The notes under the pieces were generated by a model, which ran no database searches, was not told where the DNA came from, and worked only from the letters and a program-made list of their open reading frames with translations. This document shows positions 20,398-32,331 of a DNA stretch of 64,000 bases, piece after piece. The position numbers and the translations under genes are program-made. How positions within the stretch are numbered: position 1 is the first letter of the stretch; each line of letters opens with the position of its first letter. The stretch is from Nitrospirota bacterium. Lineage in GTDB: Bacteria; Nitrospirota; UBA9217. The stretch lies in NCBI GenBank assembly GCA_963818475.1, contig CAWFSF010000006.1, positions 1,472,001-1,536,000 of the forward strand. The letters are read 5' to 3'.

Positions 20398-20609
20398 TCT
20401 CTGCCCCCATTTTTTGCGGGTCCAGCGTGGACATATCGGCAATCAGCGCCTTGGCTGCGGTTGTCAGGTTCAGGCGAGCGGAGCTGCCGCTCGCTGAGTT
20501 GGCCTCTCAGTAGCTGTTTTATTCGGGTCGCGGTTGCGACTGTTATGGAAGCATGCGTCTTTTGAGCTTCTTCAACTCGTTTTGAGATCCAATCATCACT
20601 ATTAGACAT
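20394..20609 (-). CDS. small helical hypothetical protein coupled to ATPase
   Basis: AAGGTG RBS; MSNSDDWISKRVEEAQK...; stop overlaps ATPase start (ATGA). Confidence 0.6.
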   Translation of the reverse strand: MSNSDDWISKRVEEAQKTHASITVATATRIKQLLRGQLSERQLRSPEPDNRSQGADCRYVHAGPAKNGGRE

Positions 20610-20922
20610 TGGTTCACCTTGATTGCACGGAATTACTGATAATAAATTGTCTTGGGTACAGTACTGGTCAGACATCAGAAAGTAACTTATTGTTAATCCC
20701 ATCTACCCCTGTCCCTGTAGGGTCAGACCTACTTTGTTGCCATTCAACCTTGTTTCTGGAATCCACCAGGGTCAGATCCCTTGACATGGTAACTGCCACG
20801 GTCACGCTGGATATCGTCTACTTCTCGATAAAGTCAGTTAAAAATTAGTATGAACTTATGGATTTACCTTGTCAAACAGAATGTCTTTTGGGCTGTTGGT
20901 TTGCTACCCAGCATTTTTAACC

Positions 20923-21081
20923 TTACATCAACATGATCTCCGGGGAAAACGCGTATGGCGGGAGGATCATTTTCCACTGCAACTCACACACAGGCAGTCT
21001 CTGGGATTTCAGAATATCGACTGCAAGGACCACATTCACGGACGGCGGGACGTAATCCATGGACAACTGGTAGGTCGAGTA
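20923..21081 (-). repeat. 159-bp direct repeat (copy of 3' end of the lipoprotein gene, 21950-22108)
   Basis: Ungapped alignment with roughly a dozen substitutions; both encode YSTY..SMDYVPPSVNVVLAVD.LK.QRLPV.ELQWKMILPPYAF.PEIML. Confidence 0.92.
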
Positions 21082-21172
21082 TCCCGAGTGGATGTTGCAC
21101 CCGTTGCGCTGCATCCCTGCATTCTTTCCACCGCTATTTTCAGGCTCGCCCCACGCTATTCATCTGGTGTCT

Positions 21173-21607
21173 TCACGGCGCAACGATGCGATCCGCCCCT
21201 TCCGGCCATACGCGCTTAAAGTCGTTCATATTGAAGGTCACAATGCGGTCAGCCCCGCACTTCTGAGCGGCCTTCGCGATAAGGGCGTCGTACACAGCGC
21301 CCCCGGAAAGCCCCATATCGCTCATATGTTTTATCGTTGCAAGATAATCGGAGGAGGAAAGCGGCACAATGGACACCCTCGGCTCAACACTTTCGTGGAT
21401 AAGCCGCCATGCGAGGCCCGGCGATATTCTTGGACTGACCGGCAGCGTCGAGAGCACGGCGTAGAGCTCCGCAATGCTGTGCGACGATATCACCAATTCG
21501 GTCGTACGGGACTTTCCTTTTGCAAACCAGGGCAGGGCGCGCAGATGCTCCGGGTGCGGCTCCACGAGCGCGGCCACGAGCACCGACGTATCGAGCAGCA
21601 CCTTCAT
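21173..21607 (-). CDS. vapC: PIN-domain toxin (VapC family)
   Basis: VLLDTSVLVAAL, AELY, YDALIA..A, IVTFN..DF. Confidence 0.9.
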   Translation of the reverse strand: MKVLLDTSVLVAALVEPHPEHLRALPWFAKGKSRTTELVISSHSIAELYAVLSTLPVSPRISPGLAWRLIHESVEPRVSIVPLSSSDYLATIKHMSDMGLSGGAVYDALIAKAAQKCGADRIVTFNMNDFKRVWPEGADRIVAP

Positions 21608-21867
21608 GATCTCTTCCCGGACACGACTTTGTGAAGCCGCTCGTCACGGTGCGCCCGGACAGCCCCCCTGAGGTCCCCGGTCGCTTTCCCGGAATAAACA
21701 AGGAGGCCCTCTTTCACCATGAGCGAGGGTTCGTGATCAACGAGCTTCAGCACGACCTCATTCTCTTTTTCGTCTATCTCGATCTCCACCCCCGGCCGCA
21801 GTCCCAGCCGATCCCTGATGTCCTTGGGTACCACCACTCTTCCAAAACGGTCCACCGTTGTTTTCAT
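21604..21867 (-). CDS. vapB: AbrB/MazE/SpoVT-family antitoxin
   Basis: TTVDRFGRVVVPKDIRDRLGLRPG; ATGA overlap with toxin. Confidence 0.9.
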   Translation of the reverse strand: MKTTVDRFGRVVVPKDIRDRLGLRPGVEIEIDEKENEVVLKLVDHEPSLMVKEGLLVYSGKATGDLRGAVRAHRDERLHKVVSGKRS

Positions 21868-21877
21868 AGCAACCTCC

Positions 21878-21917
21878 TGATAATTGCCATTATATCACTC
21901 CAATTGGCAATTATCAA
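21878..21917 (-). promoter_or_regulatory. vapBC promoter with autoregulatory operator
   Basis: TTGATA-17-TATAAT overlapped by perfect 12-bp inverted repeat TGATAATTGCCA/TGGCAATTATCA. Confidence 0.8.
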
Positions 21918-21949
21918 TAGCAATACCTGATCGCGGGTATCGACTGACA

Positions 21950-23544
21950 TCACAGCAACATGATCTCCGGGAAAAACGCGTACGGCGGGAGGATCATTTT
22001 CCACTGCAACTCACGCACAGGCAGTCTCTGGTGTTTCAGCACATCGACTGCAAGGACCACATTCACGGACGGCGGGACGTAATCCATGGACCACCGGTAG
22101 GTCGAGTAGACCAACGGCCCGCCCTCGATCCTGGCCATGGACAACAGCATATTGATCGATGTCACCTCGATTGAGACGTTTCCATTCGGCGTCACGCGGT
22201 AGATGCGGCCTGCGAAAAGTGAACCCCAGACGCCCTTGACGAAGGTCCAGGCCCCCTGGAGTGAAAGGCCTGATTTCGCGAACGTCTCCTTTTCATAGGC
22301 CACGGCGCTGACCAGCACGTCGCCGTTGGCCTCGATCATCAGTCCCAGGGGCATTGCGCCTTCAGGGAGGTCCACGGGACCATCGGCGACCAGGGTATTT
22401 TGCTTCAACTCCATCCTGACGAGCCCTGCCCGCGTCGTGATCGGGTTGGCCGGTTTGTCAGACCACATATCTGATAACGCGTTGACGCACCTGCTGTGTA
22501 TTGAGGCCCGTCAGGACCCAAAGCGCATCGACATTGCGCGGGTCCGCTGCGATCGCGATGCTGTACGACGCGGCGGCAGGCGGCCCTGTGGGGAAAGCCC
22601 CCGATACTGCGGGCGAGGACGGGACGGACAGATCGATCAACAGGACCCGGTTATTCGGCTCATCCAGGACCGCGGCTGCGCTCCCGCCAGCCAGAAGGAC
22701 CAGATTCCCGTAACCCGGAGCAGCGTCCTTGGACAAAACCGGCAGGTCCTGCTTGGCGACGAATTTCGGGTGTTCCTGATCGGACAAGTCGAATACCGCA
22801 AGCTCCCCCTTGGTGAGAAGAAAGCCGTGAGAGCCCCCTTTTGCAACTGCAAGAGAGATCGGCGGGTATCTGGTTTCGAATCCCGTTGAAGCCACTTCTT
22901 TGGAAACGTTTTTCGAACCAAGGTGAACGGTCTTCAGCTCGAACCGTGAGAGCCCTTCATGCTCCGCCTTGCCCCCGCTTGCCACAACGTAAAGAACGCC
23001 GCCCTCGGGAGAATGGGCAAAGGGACCCACCCCGGGACATGCAAGCGGATCGGGAGTCCTTATCGAAGACTGTCTTTTCCTCAGGCGATGTCCGCCAAAC
23101 AAGGAGCCTGTTGCCCTTTGGATCGCCCATAACAAGAAGGTTTGTTACCGGGAGGGTGATCTCATCAGCTCCCGAGGGGGTCTCCACCCTCACCGTGTAT
23201 GCATGACGGAACTTGACGTCGCGTGGCAGGCGAAAGAGCAGACCGCCTCCTTGAATGCCTGCCGCGACAGGGACCTCCCTGCTGTCGAGAAACAACTTTG
23301 CCTGGTCCGTGTTCAGCCCCGTGCCTACCATTGCAACCCATTCGCCGGCCACGAACATCCCGTCGCTCTCTGTCTGGTCAAGCTCCCCTTCGCGCGGGAC
23401 ATGCAGGCTCCCGAGGTCCACGAGCTTTTCGATCTTCGGCTTCTCCGCAGGCGGTCCACCGAGCGATACCCGAACGAGTTTTGCACCCTGGCTGCACGAC
23501 AAGAGCAGGACGGAAGAGACCGCGATAAGCGCCAGACGTTTCAT
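21950..23544 (-). CDS. lipoprotein with Ig/IPT-like and beta-propeller-like regions; two frameshifts (near 23050 and 22470)
   Basis: MKRLALIAVSSVLLLSC lipobox; three consecutive ORFs 22957-23544, 22458-23135, 21950-22468. Confidence 0.65.
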
Positions 23545-23601
23545 TGCTTTTCTCCTTTTAACATTATGCGTATGGTCACAGAGCGATTCTCCGCCTTTTC
23601 C

Positions 23602-25061
23602 TCACCCCTGGCAAAGCGGCATGTCCGCAATACCCGTTTCGACACATTGACGCTGCCAGTCTTCCTTCTTCATCGATCCGTCAGCAAGCTGTCGGACGAC
23701 CGCAAAGGGCTGCACCGAAGCTTTACCTCCCGGGCGCTCCAACAACACTTCTTCCCCCGGCATTACGTGCATGGACCAGCTCAGCTTGTGCAGGGTCACT
23801 GCCAGCGCAGCGCCGAGCAGACCAGCGGCCGCCCATTTGCGTTCGTCCCCGCTCGTTAGTGGTTCGCCTCGCTGAACGAGGGCAAATCGGCTGCCGCCTC
23901 GGCAAGCGCTCCTGCTGTCATGGTTTGCATGACGGCAGCGTGTTTCTTTACCTGATTTTCCCAGAGCGGAAGGTAAATATCGCTCCCCACCTCGCCCCAG
24001 TGGATCGGCTTCAGGTCAGCCGCGTTTCCCTCACCAGCCAGGTGCGACAGCATCTCGGCTTCGAGCTCCGGGACATCGCGCATCAGCTCCATGGCCGGCG
24101 GGTCGCCCTTCGGCTGCGGAGGACGTGCGGGCAGGGAGTTGAGTGCCTCAATGCGGTCCACGAGGCTCGGATGTGTTTGGTAGGGGTCCGCTTCCCGCCC
24201 TTTCAGCTCCTCATCCAGAGAGGCCGAGAAAGCCGCTGCAATCATCGGGGCTGCCACAAAACGATGAAACCCTTCGGCCAAAGGCGGCTTGCGCCCGGCG
24301 TTCAGCACCGGAGCGACCTCATTGTACCAGTATCGCTGAAATGAAGCCGAATGGCCGTACACGGCCTTCAGCCCCCCAATTGCTGCATCGCGCCCGTAGA
24401 TTCTTGCTGACAGGCGGTCGGCATTGTACTCCTGCCGGCGGGATATGGCGTGTGTGATGCGAAGGAACAGGTTCCCATACCACATGAACGGCTTTTGGAG
24501 CCATGCGCCGTCCCCGAGGTTCTCCAGCGTTCGGCCGATGGCCTGCCGGGTCTTATAGATCCACGGTCCGAGGCTCGTGTCGCCGCCGTCGTAGTGGCCG
24601 AACTCATGGGCAAGGATCGCCTTGAACTGCGAGGTCGTCGTGACCTGCAGAAGCGGCAGGCCGAGCCCCATGATCCTGCTGCTGCCGATGCCCATGAGGC
24701 CGCCGCGCTGCGCCACCCAGGCGTTCATCTCCGGAACGATATAGACCGACGCTGGAGGGGCTTGTTTGGTGCGCTCGGCGATTTCGCGGATCGCCTTGAA
24801 CATCTCGGGATGGCGGTCCGGCGTCAGCTCCGGTCCCGGCGGGACGAACCGGTCGACCCGGGGGATAATGGACCAAAGAATGATGACAGCTGCCGCAATG
24901 CAGCCGAACGCCAGTCTGAAATGCAAACGGTGGGCATAGTTCCATTCCGCGTAGGGAATGTATGCAAGCGCGGCCGCGAGCGCGAGCGCTAGAACGTAGA
25001 ATCCGACCAATAGAGCGACGGCGATTAATGCGCGAACTGCGAGAGATTGTGACTTGTCCAT
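23602..25061 (-). CDS. M48 family (HtpX-like) membrane zinc metalloprotease; frameshift near 23860
   Basis: Two N-terminal TMs, MNAWV, AILAHEFGHY, SRRQEYNAD, THPSL.DRI. Confidence 0.88.
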
Positions 25062-25120
25062 GACATTCTCCCTTCTTAGATCCCAGCGATAGTTCAAAGT
25101 TCAATAACGGCGGTACAATA

Positions 25121-25268
25121 TTAATGGTTTCGTAAAAAGTCCCTTTAGCCGTCATTGCGAGGAGCGAAGCGAAGCGGCAATCTCTATTTTACAGGTACTT
25201 ATGAACTTACGAGATTGCTTCGCTACGCTCGCAAAGACGGCTTTGAGCACTTTTTACGACTGCATCAA
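25121..25268. repeat. nested palindromic MITE-like element
   Basis: Outer TTAATGGTTTCGTAAAAAGT/ACTTTTTACGACTGCATCAA enclosing GCCGTCATTGCGAGGAGCGAAGC..GCAATCTC/GAGATTGCTTCGCTACGCTCGCAAAGACGGC. Confidence 0.8.
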
Positions 25269-25336
25269 TAGTATAAAGTACAATAGCTGTTCTGAACTCA
25301 GTGTTCAGGGCGAGGGGTCGGAGTCAGACGCCAGCA

Positions 25337-26110
25337 TCAGTAGGCTGTCACCTTTTCGGACAAAGCTTCGTTCATCTCTTTGCCGGCTTTACGATATCCC
25401 TCAGCCAGTTCATTGTTTTTTTCCTTCGGCATTTTATCCTCGCGGGTCTTGATCTCCTGTTTGAGCAAGGAGAACATCACTTCCTCTCCTTCCCGGGTCA
25501 GGAGCGGCGAGATGGCGATGGTGTCGCTTATCCGCACCACGACCGGGACGACGAACGGTTCCGAATTAAAGTCTTCCTGGTACGGCAGGCTGATGCGCCG
25601 GTTTCCGAGGATCGTGAGCCCCCCGGCCGCTGACCGGTTTATTTCGGACAGCGAAATGACGTCGCGCACACTCATCGTGGTATCCGCGGCTTTGAGGAAC
25701 CAGATATGGCTGTCCGAGTCGCCATCGCCATCCGCAGATGAGCTGTACAGAACGATGCCAAGCTCATTCCCGCGGAGCGGCACGAACGATGCGTCGTTGA
25801 TATTGACGTACTCGAATTGATACTTTTGTATCGGGAGGTGATAGTTCTTGACCAGGGTCGAGCCGTCCTTGATCACGGTGATGAGATACTCCGACGGCCC
25901 CTCCGTTTCCCTGCTTTTGACCACCAGTTTATATCCGCCTTCTTTTTTTTCAAAGGCCACTTCTTCGGCAGGAGCCTTCGATGCCAGCCATGTATCCCTT
26001 TTAAAGAGCGGCGGAACGAACGTCGTGATCAGCCCGTACGCTATCAGCGCAAGAGTAAGCGCGCCCCAGCTGAAGACGACCACCTTGACTACTTTCCAGA
26101 ATTTCGGCAT
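25337..26110 (-). CDS. hypothetical protein with N-terminal membrane anchor
   Basis: GAGGAGG RBS; single hydrophobic helix, then soluble domain. Confidence 0.7.
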   Translation of the reverse strand: MPKFWKVVKVVVFSWGALTLALIAYGLITTFVPPLFKRDTWLASKAPAEEVAFEKKEGGYKLVVKSRETEGPSEYLITVIKDGSTLVKNYHLPIQKYQFEYVNINDASFVPLRGNELGIVLYSSSADGDGDSDSHIWFLKAADTTMSVRDVISLSEINRSAAGGLTILGNRRISLPYQEDFNSEPFVVPVVVRISDTIAISPLLTREGEEVMFSLLKQEIKTREDKMPKEKNNELAEGYRKAGKEMNEALSEKVTAY

Positions 26111-26183
26111 ATCCCCCTCCTCACAGAATATATCTTCATCGCAAAGGCGCAAAGAGCGCGCCCCTGCGGATAATCCTCTATTT

Positions 26184-29100
26184 TTACTTCTCTTTCTTTT
26201 CCTTCTTTATTTCCTTCGCTTCCTCCACCACCATCGTCCCCGGCAACGTCCTTGCCCGGACCGTCCGGTCATACATGGACTCGGCAAACGCCGGCGGGAT
26301 CACGTACTTGCCTTTGTTCGTCGCTTTGATCCGGTATACGAATTCCTGGGCAGAGTCGCCGACGCTGCCGAAGAGCACCACCCGGTCTTCCCGGATGTCC
26401 ACGAAGTCCGGCTGCCAGGTGGACGCGTCCGTTCCGATGGGAGAATCCCATTGTTTCCGGGTTTCCTGCTCCCCGGACCGTTCTTCTCCGCCTTCGCCCT
26501 CACTGTCGCCTTCTTCTTCGCTTCTCTGCTCCTGAACCTGTGCGGGCTCTGATGCAGGACGTGATTTTTCGATCACCACGTCGAACCCACCGGGCAGCAG
26601 GTCCACGATCGCCACGTTGCTGTGGTATCCGGACTTGACAGACCGCATCTTAAAGTGGACCTCTATCTCCGAGCCAAGGGCTGTTGACGTGATCACGTTC
26701 CCTTTGAGGTCCCGGTACTCGCGCTGGACCTCGATGCCTTCCTTGATCTCCTTTTGGGGGAGGGATTTGTCGAAGCCCGCCATCGTAACCTGATAGAACG
26801 TGGGAAAACCGCTCTTGCTCTCGATCCGCACCTTCTTAGCTTCACCTGAGAAAGCTGCCTTGGGGAAGAGTCCCTTCGGCAAGACAAGGTCCTTCATCCC
26901 CTTTTCAAGGATCTCCCTGATCTTGATCTCGGCAACGGCCTTCTCGCCTACTGCTTCAGCATAGGAGTCCATGGCAAGGATCGCATAAGCTGACGTTATG
27001 GTATTGAAACTGCCGCTCGATATGCCGTTCACGATGCACTCCATGCACAGCATGTCCCCTTCGGAGAACTTCTTGAACCGCTCGGGGAAGTGTTTTCCAA
27101 GAATATAAAGATGCTGAGAGTCATGGGCCAGGCTGTCGTAGAAATTGTCATAATCCGGGTCAACAGGTTGACCCATCTTCATTCCCGAGATGAGGTCATC
27201 AGCCTTTGAATCGAGTTTGAGCAGTTTATAGGTCGCAGCGAGATAAGACGCTGTAAGGTCCTTCTTCCACTTTTTCGTTTCCTTGGCCTTATCAAGCTGC
27301 TCGCGCATGGCATTCACATAGTCCGTGGTAACGACGCCGTTCCTGGTCAGGAGGTAGACCGCGTATGCGCCGGCGCGCGCCTTGGCAAGGGAATCGCTCC
27401 CAGTCATGCCCTTTTTGCCGATAGCGGCAAGATAGGCGAGACCGCGATCCATGAGCTCCTGCGGTACAACAAAACCACGTTCTTTCGCCTCGGTCAGGAA
27501 ATGCATGGCATAGATGCTTGCGTACTCCGAGACATGAGAGTTTGCTGCCCAGAACCCGAAAGCGCCATCCGCATTCTGGCGTGAACGCAGCACGCTGATC
27601 GTCTTCTCCAGGTTCTCCGCTGCCTTCTTGTGCGTGTACCCGAACTCCGGCCGGCTTTTGAGCACAATTGCCGGAAAGGCCATGCTCACGAGCTGCTCCG
27701 TGCAGAGATAGGGGAATTTATCCAGATATGCCACCAGGCCATGGGCCAAGCTGAGCGGTACGGGTGAGGCAGTGGCGTCCAGGGTCCTGAACTCGGGATG
27801 CATCCTCCGTTTCACCTCTACGTCCACTTTCCCGGATTTGAAAGATCCGCTCTTTACATCCGTCATGTACGGGATAGGAGGCCTCACGCTTGTCTCGATG
27901 GAATAAGCGGTCTTCTTACCTCCGACCGAAGCGGTAAAGGTGAAACGCGCCGACCCCAGGACCTCTTTCGCTTTGACCTTGAAGGATGCGCTCTCTTCCC
28001 TGCCTTCGACAATCTTGAGGATACGCTGCCCCTTGTCCAGTATCTCCAGATGCTCCGATGTAGAACAATCGAGATTTACTGCCGCGTCCTTGCCGGATCC
28101 CACTACATTATTGGCAACACTAACGGTAACAATGAACTCGTCACCCGGCGCTACAAAGGTCGGCACATTCGGACTCAGCACAAAATGGCCGCGCACAGCA
28201 GACCTTTTCTGGTTTGCGCCGATAGCGTCAGGAGCGACTGCCACTGCCATGACCCGGATCGTGCCGTTGAAGTAATCAGGCACGCGGTAGACCAGCTCCC
28301 GCATGGTAGGATCGATATTCACGATGCCTGACCAGTAGACCACGGGCTTGTCGCGCTTGCGTTTGAAGGGATTCAGGTTCTGGCCGAGCGCCTTGCCCTC
28401 TTCGTCCCCTCCCGCAGCCGAAAGCATCCGTACGATGGAGTTCTCGGGCATGATCAGGTCCAGGATCTGGGCTGTCTTCACCTCCAGCGCGCGCTTGCGG
28501 AAGAAATGCTCAAGCGGGTCAGGCGTCGTGTACCGGGCCACCTGGAGGATGCCCTCATCCACGGCATAGACAACGGCCTTGCCCGCCTTGTTCCCCTTGT
28601 AGCGTATTTTGAAGAGTTCCCCCGGCCGTGCGAGCTCGGGCGTATCGATGTCGATCCTGATAGTCCTTTTCCCGCGGCTCACCGAGAACGGCATCACGCC
28701 GTAGCTCAAGGGACTCATGAAAATTTCCTTTGAGTCGATGCCACGGACAAAAGAGACGTTCACGTACCCGTTCCCTTCGAAGGTGGAGGGAACGCGAATT
28801 TTCTGGACAGAGTTCGTTGCAGTCGTTTTAAACCACCTTGTCGCGTATACCTTGTCCCGCTCGATGGTGATGAGCCCGGCCCCGGTGTAGGGGGCGCGGA
28901 TCTGGAGCTCGATCTCCTCGCCGGGCGCGTAGTCGGACTTGTTCAGCTTGATCAACAGCTCGGCGTTCTTCTCCAGGCTCCGGGTGAGGTTCCCCATGCC
29001 GGCAACGCTGAAGGCAATGCGGCTGAGTTCTGCCTTCTTGTCATCCTGCACGATCAGGAGAAAATCTCCCGGGTTTGTTGTCGGCAGACGAAACTTCGTG

Positions 29101-32100
29101 CCTTGTTCGGAGAGCGACAGGTCTGTTGTACTGACAGGGATTTCCCTCTTGACCGATTGATACTTGTAAACGCCGCTGGACTGTTTGGTCAGCACCGAGA
29201 CATAGCGCTCCTCGATGATCTGAGCCTTAAGACCCGTGATCCCGATCTTCCTGAGCGACGGGTCGATCGCTATCAGATCCACGGTCCTGCTGCTGCCCTT
29301 GTGGATGTACGCAAGGTCTCCGTCGGGTTTGTAGCCCACGAGATAAGCGAGCGGCGACACAAGGACCGCGCTCGTTGAGCCGACGCTTCTGCCCCCTTCA
29401 AGCTCGTAGCCTTCCGCCGCGAAGGTGAGCCGATAGGTGGCCTTGTCAAAACGTCCCAGGCTGAGATCAATTTCCGCATCACCTTTTTCGTTCGTGATTG
29501 CGTCGGGAAGCTGCTCAACAAAGCTCTTTTCCGCTTTCGCCGGATCGAAGAAGGTGTAGTCTTCGTATTGTTTGAAGACGGTGATGCAGGCACGAGCGTC
29601 ACCTCGGCTGCAATGCGGTGATTGACCGCCGGTGTACCGTAAAGATTCTTGAGATTAACCATGCCTTTGAGGCCCGCAGGCGAGACCCAGCCTTCCCTTC
29701 GCTCCTGGGAAAGCTTGGTCGATATTTTCAAGCGGTCCGGCAGGAACTCCTCAACGCGCACCGATGCCGATCCCAGAAGCGCGCCCCGTTTATTGTCTTT
29801 CACGATGTAGAGGTTCGTCGTGTACTTGCCCGTGGGCGACGTGTCCTCGGTCTGGTATTTGACTTCCTCGAATCCCGAGGCCGTAAGGCTTATTTTCTGC
29901 CTTTTTACCTCCAGACCCCGGGAGTCCATGATCGACGCTTCGAGTGGGATGCCGGCGAGCGGCCGCCTCCAGTTCGCGGCCTTGACAATGATGCCGACAT
30001 GGAATTCATCTCCAGGCCGGTAGATGCCCCGGTCCGAGAAAAGGTACGCATCAAGCCGGTCTGCAGCTCCCTCGGTCACCACGCCGCCGATATCGAAACG
30101 TGAGAAGTTGAGGTTTCGTTCGCTCCGCTCATAGGGCAAAAAAGAAATATCGCTCCCCTTCCGAACGAGGTAGACTGCTGGTGCCTTTTCATGTTCGAAA
30201 TCAGCCAGCTTCGGGAACTGCGCCCGGCCTTCCGCATCGGTATACGCTCCAAACACGGACACGCCATTTTTCCCCAGAACATCAACCCGGGCCCCGGACA
30301 CGGGGTGCCCGGTCTGAATCGACTGGACAAAGACGTCATGGGTCTGGTCGGCGTTGTCTTTCACCAGGACGCCCAGATCCGTGATCAGGATCAGACGTTG
30401 CTCACGTTTCCCGGTGGTTTTTTTGTTCTTCGGGTCCCAGCTTTCCACCCTCAGGAAGAACATCCCCCGGTTCGTCTCTTTGTCGATCTTGAGATACCGG
30501 GAAAAATCGAAAGTAGTATATTGAGCCTTGCCCTGTTCCCTCTGACCCAAAACGCGGATTTCAGTAAAACGCTCGGAGATGTTTTCCTCGTTAAACTCGT
30601 AGTTCAGGAATTCAGGATTTTTTATATCTCCACGGGTCTGGGTTACGAGGTGATTGATGTCCTCAGGGACCACACGGCCGATCTGAAACCGGACGGCCTC
30701 GATGTCCCGGGCAAACACGGACAGTCGCTTTTCGCCGCGAAGGCTTAGGATCGACCCACTGGCCATGATGCCCAGTTCCTGCGGGAAGTCGGGCACACGC
30801 TGGATCGTATCAAACTCCTTTGCCAGCAGGTATCCACCGAAGGATTTGATGTCCTTGTTCAGTTTAATGAAGAGGTATCGACCCGGCGGTATTGAGTATT
30901 TAAAACTGTGAAGCTCTGCATACTCCCGATCCCGGGGCAAGGGCTTCAGCTTGACCGGTGTTGAGAGCTCCAGGACCTCCGGTCCGATCTTGGAAGGATC
31001 TGACCATTCAGACCACTGATAGTCCTTCTTGCCCTCCTGCTTCTGGATCGGTGGAAGGTCCTTCGGCAGGAGAAAGACGGACAGGTTTTTCACCATCTCC
31101 GCTTCCGACACTCCCGCTGTAGTAGCCACCACCAATACCTGTTCAGGCTCGTACCGTTCGTTCCGCACAAGGGACAACTCGACTGAATCGATCCGGAGCA
31201 AGGTGTATTTGCCTGGTATCGTTACCTTTCTCTCAATGGCATCGGCAGTACTCGGTCCGCCGCGATCGGCGCGCACGCCTGAGTCGATGAGAACTGACAT
31301 CGTGGCGTCCTTATCAGGGATATCCAGAGGCTTGGACTGGATGTATGCCTCGCCCTTGTACTTGTCATAGGACACGGTGAAGGGATAGCCTTTTCCGCCG
31401 ATGCCGAGGATCCCTGTCTTCTGGTCGGCCCGCTCCAGCTTGATCCGCTTCTCGAAATCAGCGGAGTCCACGGGATGGGTGAACTTGATCGTAGCGATGA
31501 CCCTCTTTATTTTCGGGTCCTCGGGGTCCTGGTAGAACTCGGCATTCGTCAGCTCTGCCCCGAAGCGGGGCGTTTTAAAAGAGTAGGAATACGTGGAAAG
31601 CTTGACATGGTCCGGGAAAAGCGACTTGTCCATGTGTACGGTGTATCCAATGCCGGGCTGCCAGTCCGTTTTCGGTTTGAAGAGAAGTGCATTGTCCTTG
31701 ACCCAGGTCCACTCACCGTCAATGGCGGGAGATATCGAAACGCCTTGCGTAATGGTCTTGCCGATCAGGTCGAGACGGGCCGAGGAACCGCTGAACAGAA
31801 CGCGGATCGGATCGGGTCTTAAGACGTCCTCAAGCTTGGTCAGTTCCGGCACGGTGCCGGAGACCTCGATCAACCCCCTGCGATGCGCGGCATACACCAT
31901 GACCAAAGCGAAGACGACGAAAATGACAGCGAGAATACCGCCGAGCCGCTTGAAGTTGATGCCGCGCGGCTTGTCTTCGGCAGGCTTGGCCTTGCTATCC
32001 GATGTTCGTGGCATTTTGATGAGTGAGCGGGCGGCGTTGGTGAAGCGCGAGGCAATGGATTTTATATTGGAGAAAAAATTCTTGAGAAAATCTAACCACG

Positions 32101-32188
32101 GCGGAGGTGACCAGGAAAATGAACCGAAGAACTTCGAAAGTATGCCGAGCACTGCCTTGAACAAAGCGCTGATGAACTTCACTATCAA
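26184..32188 (-). CDS. bacterial alpha-2-macroglobulin (YfhM/MG2 family); frameshift near 29585
   Basis: LFSDRGIYRPGD, VEEFLPDR, AVDEGILQ, PDYFNGTIRVMAVA, thioester motif PYLCTEQ, IVDLLPGG, DIREDRV. Confidence 0.92.
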
Positions 32189-32244
32189 CCTCCCGATGGT
32201 TTGATCCGACTAATACAAACGCATTTAGATTCGTTACTGATTTG

Positions 32245-32295
32245 CCCCTCACCTTTGTCCTCTCCCCGGCGGGGAGAGGGTAGGGCGAGGGGGGG
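32245..32295. repeat. CCCTCACC/GGGGAGAGGG palindromic element, copy 1
   Basis: CCCCTCACCTTTGTCCTCTCCCCGGCGGGGAGAGGGTAGGGCGAGGGG; second copy at 50910. Confidence 0.75.
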
Positions 32296-32331
32296 ACTTT
32301 CCTGGATGTAACAATATTTAATTCGTTTGGA

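Noticed and set aside
16862-20785. ATGTCTGTCCC and GGGTCAGACC REP-like motifs as borders of the SIR2/ATPase islet
   Set aside because: Short, not mutually matching, and no transposase; insufficient to define ends
20923-22108. DGR template/variable repeat pair
   Set aside because: Only about half of the mismatches are at coding-strand adenines of the non-genic copy, and there is no reverse transcriptase in the window
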